A DNA stretch of 9,496 bases. Source: an uncultured archaeon (lineage in GTDB: Archaea; Asgardarchaeota; Lokiarchaeia; Sigyniarchaeales; Promethearchaeaceae). Positions 1 through 5,623 of the stretch are shown here, one piece after another. Position 1 is the stretch's first letter; each line of letters starts with the position of its first letter. Both the position numbers and the translations under genes were made by a program. The notes beneath the pieces were generated by a model. That model did not search any database. It had not been told where the DNA came from and saw only the letters and a list, made by a program, of their open reading frames with translations. Location: contig CAYRPF010000098.1 of the NCBI GenBank assembly GCA_964426185.1, positions 1 to 9,496 on the forward strand. Reading direction: 5' to 3'.

Positions 1-399
1 CCTAATATCGGGAGGAAGAATTTCCATATCGTTGATTTCAGGGTCTTCTTCATTTAATATGCAAAATCCTGCTTTTTTCATAATTTCATACATTCCAAGT
101 TCACCAATTAGGAATGCGGATCCTCCTGGGAATTTTGTGGAAAGAAAATCAGCAGCCAAATACGCAGATGTAAAAATATCAGATGGATCGACTTCAATAT
201 TGAATGCTTTTAATTTATGTGAGAACATTTCACGCGTTTTTGAGGAATTATTGGTTAAAAACACGTATTTTTTATCGTTTTGTTTGAGCAAAGAAAGAAA
301 TTTGATAGCTTCTGGAATTGGTGAAGAAGCTCTATATATTACCCCATCAAGATCAAAAATAAAAAGTTCTTTATCTCGCAATTCCGCCCGTATCTGCAT
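1..399 (-). CDS. HAD-IIA family (NagD-like) phosphatase/hydrolase, 5' part only (continues beyond the left edge)
   Basis: Manual minus-strand translation from ATG at 399 is open to position 1: MQIRAELRDKELFIFDLDGVIYRASSPIPEAIKFLSLLKQNDKKYVFLTNNSSKTREMFSHKLKAFNIEVDPSDIFTSAYLAADFL...AFLIGELG. It contains HAD motif I (FDLDGVIY), motif II (FLTNNS) and the IFTS and IGExG elements typical of class IIA. An alternative TTG start lies at 408. Confidence 0.93.
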   Translation of the reverse strand, partial: MQIRAELRDKELFIFDLDGVIYRASSPIPEAIKFLSLLKQNDKKYVFLTNNSSKTREMFSHKLKAFNIEVDPSDIFTSAYLAADFLSTKFPGGSAFLIGELGMYEIMKKAGFCILNEEDPEINDMEILPPDIR

Positions 400-636
400 T
401 ATGATCAATAACGTGTGCTGGTATTTGAACGTGTGGATAAAAAGAATAGAGTTAAGTATGGCTTTTCCGACAACTGAGTGAGGTATACCAGAATTTATTT
501 ACGTGATCTTGCTTAACGGCAAGATGACCGAATTCATTAAGTTATAGTGATTGTTGACTGTGAGATCCCAGAATATGACGTTAGAGATTTGGGTAATTCG
601 ATGAAATTTATTGTCCGAATTGGCTAACCGATAATG

Positions 637-700
637 AGAAAAAAATGATAATTAGAATTTTGGGGAAGATTTATTAGAAAAAAATGATAATTAGAATTTT
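637..700 (+). repeat. Perfect 25-bp direct repeat x2 (AGAAAAAAATGATAATTAGAATTTT), 39-bp period
   Basis: Identical copies at 637-661 and 676-700, each followed by a GGGG run; the second copy ends 14 bp before the ATG at 715. Confidence 0.9.
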
Positions 701-714
701 AAGGGGATTAATAG

Positions 715-1278
715 ATGGAAAATGAAGAAATTGATTCATTAAATCAGATACTACAAGATTTTTCTTCATACATTTTGAAATTGAAGAAAAAAAAACAGTA
801 TTATTCAATAGTGCGCTTAATTTCACGGTTTATGCATGTTGCTCAAGAACTTAATCTAGATGTAACTGAATTTGAATATTATTTGGAGAAATATTCTCAA
901 GAAGAAAGAACAGAAAAAGATATGACTCCGCAAGAAATTGATGTGCTTCTTAGTTCTTATGAAGATCGACTGAAAGAATCTATTCGTAATAATCCCCAAT
1001 CAACAAAGAAAGAATCCGTTGCAGAAAGTTCCTTAGTGGAATATTCACAGACTGAAAAAATAATGACTGGAAAACCACAGAATATCAAAACTAAAATTAG
1101 TGCGGCTTCCTCGGATGAAGAACATGTTTTTAATCAAATTGTGGATGATGTTCTGAATGAAAATTCTGAAGAGAAAGTTATTCCAGTCTTTCCTTTGAAA
1201 AATCTAGCAATTAACCGACCTTTTTCTTTTTCTGAAGGTTCTTCTGAGGTGCAAAAAGAATCAGAAAAGGAATTATAG
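715..1278 (+). CDS. Hypothetical protein (helical N-terminal part, acidic/Ser-rich and probably disordered C-terminal part)
   Basis: 187-aa ATG-initiated ORF with plausible composition, 17 bp upstream of the phosphatase ORF on the same strand. No family motif recognised. Confidence 0.75.
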   Translation: MENEEIDSLNQILQDFSSYILKLKKKKQYYSIVRLISRFMHVAQELNLDVTEFEYYLEKYSQEERTEKDMTPQEIDVLLSSYEDRLKESIRNNPQSTKKESVAESSLVEYSQTEKIMTGKPQNIKTKISAASSDEEHVFNQIVDDVLNENSEEKVIPVFPLKNLAINRPFSFSEGSSEVQKESEKEL

Positions 1279-1295
1279 AAAAGCATTTTTAGCAA

Positions 1296-2495
1296 ATGAT
1301 TTACTTCAAGGTTAATGTAATGGAATCTTTCCCCTATAATGAGCTTTGGAACTATTACTTCACTCAGCATTCACCAACACGAGTTCCAACAAATTATTAC
1401 GGTGGAAAAAACGCTCAGCAGTACTTACAAGCATTGTTTCAAGCGACAACTACCTTGTATTCTTCCCTTTATCCTAAAAAATTGATAGAATTTACAAATA
1501 TTGACCCTAAAAAAACAGTTCTTTATTTCATCGGCGACATTCATGGATCTTTTCCTTCAATTCACCGTTTGGTGTCGTTTGGGCTGAAAGTTCTTAGTTC
1601 TTCTTCATTTGATTCCCAATCTTCAAAAACTACAAAATATACAAAACATGCAAAAATAGTGTTTTTGGGTGATTATGTCGATCGAGATTCCAATGATCTT
1701 CATACTTTAATTCTACTTTTATTATTTAACCTAAAATTTCCGCATAATGTTCTTCTACTTCGAGGAAATCATGAAGAAAATTCTATAAACCAGCTGTATG
1801 GATTCAAGCGCACTGTGTTAAGCAATTTTTCCAAAGGCTTATATTCACAAATCTCCCACTTTTTCTCCACACTTCCATTAATTGCTATATTTAGCATCCC
1901 TATCTCCTTTGCTATAATTGCTTTGCACGGAGGAGTTCCTGCAAATTGGGATAATCTAAAAGAACCTGTATTAATTCGAAATATTCACTTGAATTCCAAT
2001 GTAACTTCGATTTATAAAATGGATCCTGTATCTCAACAAATATTATGGAACGATCCCAGCGAATCTTTACCGATATCGGCTGATTTCTACCCTAACCGCA
2101 ATCGCGGTGGCACATTTTATGAGTTTAGTTCCTCCGCTTTTCGCCAATTTATACGAGCCAATAATTTGGATATCATGATCCGGGGGCATCAAATGTTCAC
2201 GAACGGCTATCGATTTTACTTTAACAGAGAATTACTTTCATTATTCTCTACCGTGGAATACTGCGGGATGAAGGTGGATGGGAAAATCGCGAGAGTTACT
2301 TTTGTCAAAGAGAGGTATAATGATTTATCAGCTTCTGAAGAAAAAGAAGTAACACTTAAAGAAAAAAATAGGGAAGAAAATGAAAAAGGAGTAGAAGAAA
2401 ATATAGAAGAAGAGAATGATGAAACTGGAATCGATGAAACCATAAAAAAAATAAGTGCGAATATCGAGCTGCTTCCATTACTGAGATTATCTTGA
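1296..2495 (+). CDS. PPP-family Ser/Thr protein phosphatase (PP1/PP2A-like metallophosphoesterase)
   Basis: Motifs GDIHG (1533-1547), GDYVDR (1668-1685), LRGNHE, HGG, LWNDP, RGG, IRGHQ and LFSTVEYCG (compare PP1 LFSAPNYCG). The start could alternatively be the ATG at 1320. Confidence 0.93.
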   Translation: MIYFKVNVMESFPYNELWNYYFTQHSPTRVPTNYYGGKNAQQYLQALFQATTTLYSSLYPKKLIEFTNIDPKKTVLYFIGDIHGSFPSIHRLVSFGLKVLSSSSFDSQSSKTTKYTKHAKIVFLGDYVDRDSNDLHTLILLLLFNLKFPHNVLLLRGNHEENSINQLYGFKRTVLSNFSKGLYSQISHFFSTLPLIAIFSIPISFAIIALHGGVPANWDNLKEPVLIRNIHLNSNVTSIYKMDPVSQQILWNDPSESLPISADFYPNRNRGGTFYEFSSSAFRQFIRANNLDIMIRGHQMFTNGYRFYFNRELLSLFSTVEYCGMKVDGKIARVTFVKERYNDLSASEEKEVTLKEKNREENEKGVEENIEEENDETGIDETIKKISANIELLPLLRLS

Positions 2496-2501
2496 TTTTA
2501 A

Positions 2502-3917
2502 TTATTTCGCACTTTTCTTAATTATTTGAATAACTTCTTCCAAATTTAATTCCCTTTCTTGCTTTTCCGTAATGAAATTCTTCAAGGTGAACTTTTGAGT
2601 TTCTAATTCTCGTGGGCCGAGAAAAATCATGAATGGAATTTCCAGCCTGTTAACAAATTTACTGGCCGCTCGAAAAGATCTGCTCATTAAATCTACCTCG
2701 GTAGAAATTCCGTTTTCTCTAAGTTTTTGGGCAATTTGAATCCCGAATGTCTGAGTTTCCAATTTAGTTCCTATGAATACCTGCGAACGCGGCTTGATTG
2801 AGGGTAATTTATTCTGTTTTTCTAATGCTAACAAAATCCGGTCAAACCCGAAGGAAAAACCCAATGCGGGAGTATCTTCCCCTCCAAATACCCTTATCAT
2901 TTCATTATAACGTCCTCCACCGCAGATTTGTTTCTGTTTTCCCAGAATGGGTACATCGATCTCGAAAACCAAGTTGGTATAGTAGTCCAAACCCCGGGCT
3001 ATACCACAATCTACAACAAAATTCTCGATTCCGGCCGCTTGCAGAAAGGGGGTGATGTGTGAAATTTTCGAATCTTCGATAGCTTTCAGAGTATTAGGGT
3101 AATCGGAAAATGCATTATTCAGCTGGTTAATTACTTTATCTGCCGGTCCTACCATATCCAATAGCAATTCTAATCTTTGAGATAATTCTGCAGAAATATT
3201 TTCCTCCGCTATCGAACCCCGATAATCCTCCAAAATTGTATCCCTGTTTTGTTCTTCTTCCAAAGCTCCTATTTCCAATTTACGGAGTAAACTGGTAATT
3301 CTATCAATAATTCCAAAGATATTCTTTTGGGTAGAATGTGAAACTTCACGTTCATTTAAGAAAGTGCGTAATACGGTCAAATCATTGATTCGAAGGATGT
3401 AATCTTCAATTTTAAATGTCCGCATGATGTCCATAGCCACTAACAGCATTTCAGCATCGGCTCCCACTTTGTCGGACCCGAAAATTTCAATTCCTGCTTG
3501 AGTAAATTGACGGAAGCGACCAGGTGCTGGTTCATCGTAGCGGAAACACGGACCTATATAATAGTATTTCTGTGGTTTTGGGCGATACATCAACTCACTG
3601 GTAATGAAAAAGCGCACTAATGAGGCTGTAAATTCTGGTCGTAGTGCGTAAAGGGGGGGATTCTCTTCAGCACGGTGTTTAGGGGGATCATAAAAGGTGA
3701 AAATATCATTAATTATCTTTTCTCCAGATCTTTTTTTATAAATATCAAAGAATTCATACATAGGCAGTTCGATCTGCTGATAGCCGTATTTTTCAAATAA
3801 TTCGACTAATTTTGATTCTACCCAGCGGCGCAATGCCATTTCTTCGGGGAGATAATCCACCGTACCGGATGGTCGTTGTAGATTAATTTTATCTTTAGAA
3901 CTGTTGTTGTTTTCCAT
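2502..3917 (-). CDS. hisS: Histidine--tRNA ligase (class IIa)
   Basis: N-terminal PSGTVDYLP, motif 1 (YGYQQIELP), ALRPEFT, motif 2 (FRYDEPAPGRFRQFTQAGIE), histidine-binding loop RGLDYYT, motif 3 (GGGRY...GFSFGFDR) and a C-terminal anticodon-binding domain. Confidence 0.97.
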   Translation of the reverse strand: MENNNSSKDKINLQRPSGTVDYLPEEMALRRWVESKLVELFEKYGYQQIELPMYEFFDIYKKRSGEKIINDIFTFYDPPKHRAEENPPLYALRPEFTASLVRFFITSELMYRPKPQKYYYIGPCFRYDEPAPGRFRQFTQAGIEIFGSDKVGADAEMLLVAMDIMRTFKIEDYILRINDLTVLRTFLNEREVSHSTQKNIFGIIDRITSLLRKLEIGALEEEQNRDTILEDYRGSIAEENISAELSQRLELLLDMVGPADKVINQLNNAFSDYPNTLKAIEDSKISHITPFLQAAGIENFVVDCGIARGLDYYTNLVFEIDVPILGKQKQICGGGRYNEMIRVFGGEDTPALGFSFGFDRILLALEKQNKLPSIKPRSQVFIGTKLETQTFGIQIAQKLRENGISTEVDLMSRSFRAASKFVNRLEIPFMIFLGPRELETQKFTLKNFITEKQERELNLEEVIQIIKKSAK

Positions 3918-3919
3918 TC

Positions 3920-3946
3920 TAATTCAAAGCATTTAATTCAAAGCAT
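3920..3946 (-). repeat. 13-bp tandem direct repeat x2 immediately upstream of hisS
   Basis: TAATTCAAAGCAT at 3920-3932 and 3934-3946 on the plus strand (ATGCTTTGAATTA on the hisS strand), 2 bp from the hisS ATG. Confidence 0.85.
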
Positions 3947-4049
3947 CCAAAAATATTTTCGTTTTCGGGATAGATTACAAGCGAAATCTTTATTTGTTTT
4001 AAAGTTGAATGAAAAATATCGAATATAGTGGTTAGGAGCAATAAGTTCA

Positions 4050-5321
4050 ATGAAATTAATTGAGAGAATCCATGCTTTTGATATTGTGCGCGGCTTTGCA
4101 GTAATTTTCATGATCATTCTCCACACTGGCTTACATGAGTGGGCTGGAGCTCAAGAACTTGAGAGTGATGTGGGAGGTACTGACCCAGTTATGGGTTTGC
4201 TGATCTTTTTTTTGACCCTCGCTGGAGTTTATTCAACCATTTTAGGTGCAGTCAATAGCTTTATGTTTTATCGACGCATTGAAACAGGTAAAAATACACC
4301 TTCCCAGCTAACTAACTATGGAATTCTAATGGGAATCTGTTTAATTGTGCTAAATTTTATTTTCCGCTTGGGGTTTAGCGGCGATTCAGGGTGGGTCTAC
4401 TTTTTGGTAAAAACCGGGCAATCCACCACTTTCCAGCCATTTTGGCTAGTCAGTAGTTCTGCTTTAACTATTTTGGGCTTAAATTCTATTTTAATACCGT
4501 TTCTATTGCAAATTATTCATACTCACCTGTCTCATGGTCTTAAAAATCGCCAAAGCTATGTGATTCTCTTCTTTTTTGGATGTTTTGTACTTTTATTAAC
4601 CTTACCCCTTCGTTGGTGGGGCGCTCCGTTGGTGGATAATTTAATTTCATCAAAACAATATTTCTTAGCTTGGTTATTAGGCTGTTTTGTTTATGATAAT
4701 TTTCCTTTATTTCCATTCATGGCTTATGCCGCCTTTGGCTCTATTCTTGGAATTTCGCTAGCTCGAAAAGAACGAGCTTCTCATATATTAGAATATACAT
4801 GGTTTCAAACCTTATTCTGGTCTGGAATAGGCATTATCGGTTTGATTCCCTTAGGTGGGATTCATCCTGGTTTAATTTATGCTACAACGCGCTTAGCAAT
4901 TTTAGAAGATTACTTCCGACATATTGCCCAATTGGGTATTATTTTCCTTTTTTTCAGTGTAGCGCTTTCTATTATTGATTTTGTCTCGAGCCCTCGCAAG
5001 GAGAGAAGAGTTAAAGGATTTCGTTTTATTTCTCGCTATGGAATGATTTCACTTACTATTTATATGTTTGAAGCTTTCTTTTCTGGTTTAATCAACGGAT
5101 TACTGAACTTAATTTCTAGCTTCCAAGGTTGGAACGCCACTCTCGGATGGGTTATTGTCGAAGGAATTATCTTAACGCTGATTTGGGGGGTGGTTGCATA
5201 CTTCTGGGAACGCGTTGGTTATAAATATTCGGTTGAATGGTTTTTAATTTGGATCGCAGGAAAAATTTCGGGTAAAAAGAGTGAAAAATATCATATGGAA
5301 CGGGTAGAAATGTCGCCATAA
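4050..5321 (+). CDS. Polytopic membrane protein, DUF1624 / heparan-alpha-glucosaminide N-acetyltransferase (HGSNAT)-like acyltransferase
   Basis: N-terminal RIxxxDxxRGxAxxxMxxxH motif (RIHAFDIVRGFAVIFMIILH), FPLFPF, GxxSLTIY and C-terminal SVEW; about 10 hydrophobic segments; GGAG at 4035-4038 upstream of the ATG. Confidence 0.8.
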   Translation: MKLIERIHAFDIVRGFAVIFMIILHTGLHEWAGAQELESDVGGTDPVMGLLIFFLTLAGVYSTILGAVNSFMFYRRIETGKNTPSQLTNYGILMGICLIVLNFIFRLGFSGDSGWVYFLVKTGQSTTFQPFWLVSSSALTILGLNSILIPFLLQIIHTHLSHGLKNRQSYVILFFFGCFVLLLTLPLRWWGAPLVDNLISSKQYFLAWLLGCFVYDNFPLFPFMAYAAFGSILGISLARKERASHILEYTWFQTLFWSGIGIIGLIPLGGIHPGLIYATTRLAILEDYFRHIAQLGIIFLFFSVALSIIDFVSSPRKERRVKGFRFISRYGMISLTIYMFEAFFSGLINGLLNLISSFQGWNATLGWVIVEGIILTLIWGVVAYFWERVGYKYSVEWFLIWIAGKISGKKSEKYHMERVEMSP

Positions 5322-5357
5322 ATTATACTCTTATATTTCATGATTAAAAATAGATAA

Positions 5358-5457
5358 TAGCCCGGCGCGGAATTGAACCACGGTCACAGGGGATCTGTAA
5401 AGAAACGAGAAGTTTAACTTTCCACAACCCTGCAGTCTACGACTAACATACCGGGCT
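5358..5457 (-). tRNA. tRNA-His(GUG) with a 29-nt intron at 37/38; non-canonical acceptor (A1:U72, A73, no encoded G-1, no encoded CCA)
   Basis: The reverse complement folds as AGCCCGG TA TGTT AGTCGTA GACT G CAGGG TT GTG G^[intron]^C CCCTG TGAC CGTGG TTCAATT CCGCG CCGGGCT A. This gives a perfect 7-bp acceptor stem, 5-bp anticodon and T stems and a canonical T loop. The anticodon GTG is at 5425-5423. Confidence 0.92.
5393..5421 (-). other. Archaeal bulge-helix-bulge tRNA intron (29 nt)
   Basis: Intron AAAGTTAAACTTCTCGTTTCTTTACAGAT. Exon U32-U35 (UUGU) pairs with intron ACAG as the 4-bp central helix, flanked by the 3-nt bulges G36-G37^A and A-U^C38. Confidence 0.88.
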
Positions 5458-5488
5458 AGAGATAATATTAGTATGTAGAAAAAAGAAG

Positions 5489-5509
5489 GATAATTAAAAA
5501 AATTTCCCC
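5489..5509 (-). promoter_or_regulatory. Candidate archaeal BRE/TATA promoter for the tRNA
   Basis: The minus strand reads GGGGAAATTTTTTTAATTAT, with TTTAATTA about 33-40 nt upstream of tRNA position 1. The AT-rich background makes this weak evidence. Confidence 0.4.
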
Positions 5510-5582
5510 TTTAGCGGCATCCCGGCTAATATTATACGTGCTTGTTCTTCACGTTGAACCAATATAGCATCATTGGAAATAC

Positions 5583-5591
5583 TATTTAAAT
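5583..5591 (+). promoter_or_regulatory. Candidate TATA box for the large surface-protein gene
   Basis: TATTTAAAT about 33-41 nt upstream of the ATG at 5624. Confidence 0.35.
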
Positions 5592-5623
5592 TTTACAAAA
5601 CAAATAAAAAGATCACAAACGCT

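Noticed and set aside
32-481. 149-aa plus-strand ORF from the track
   Set aside because: Antisense shadow of the minus-strand HAD-IIA gene, which carries clear catalytic motifs.
503-528. SECIS element (GTGA...TGA flanking a hairpin)
   Set aside because: The stem is too short, the GA/GA register does not fit, it is not in a 3' UTR, and no in-frame UGA gene lies nearby.
637-700. CRISPR array
   Set aside because: Only two copies with a 14-bp gap and no cas genes in the window.
1134-1370. 78-aa minus-strand ORF
   Set aside because: Antisense to two better-supported genes and has no motifs.
2292-2303. RVTF as a PP1-docking RVxF motif
   Set aside because: It aligns with a core beta-strand of the phosphatase itself, so it is probably structural.
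2216-2443. 75-aa Ser/Phe-rich minus-strand ORF
   Set aside because: Mirror of the GAA-rich acidic segment of the phosphatase.
2798-3055. 85-aa plus-strand ORF
   Set aside because: Lies antisense within hisS.
2502-3917. HisZ (ATP phosphoribosyltransferase regulatory subunit) instead of HisRS
   Set aside because: RGLDYY, an intact motif 3 and the C-terminal anticodon-binding domain are all present.
3938-4126. 62-aa minus-strand ORF as a possible his leader/attenuator peptide
   Set aside because: Only one His codon, overlaps the acyltransferase start in antisense, and no attenuator hairpins are visible.
5421-5430. Reading the tRNA anticodon as TTG (Gln) or TGT (Thr)
   Set aside because: Only the GTG register gives U33, purine 37, a 5-bp stem with a 7-nt loop and a correctly placed BHB motif.
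5322-5623. tRNA-targeted integrative element
   Set aside because: No integrase and no duplicated tRNA 3' fragment was noticed in the window.
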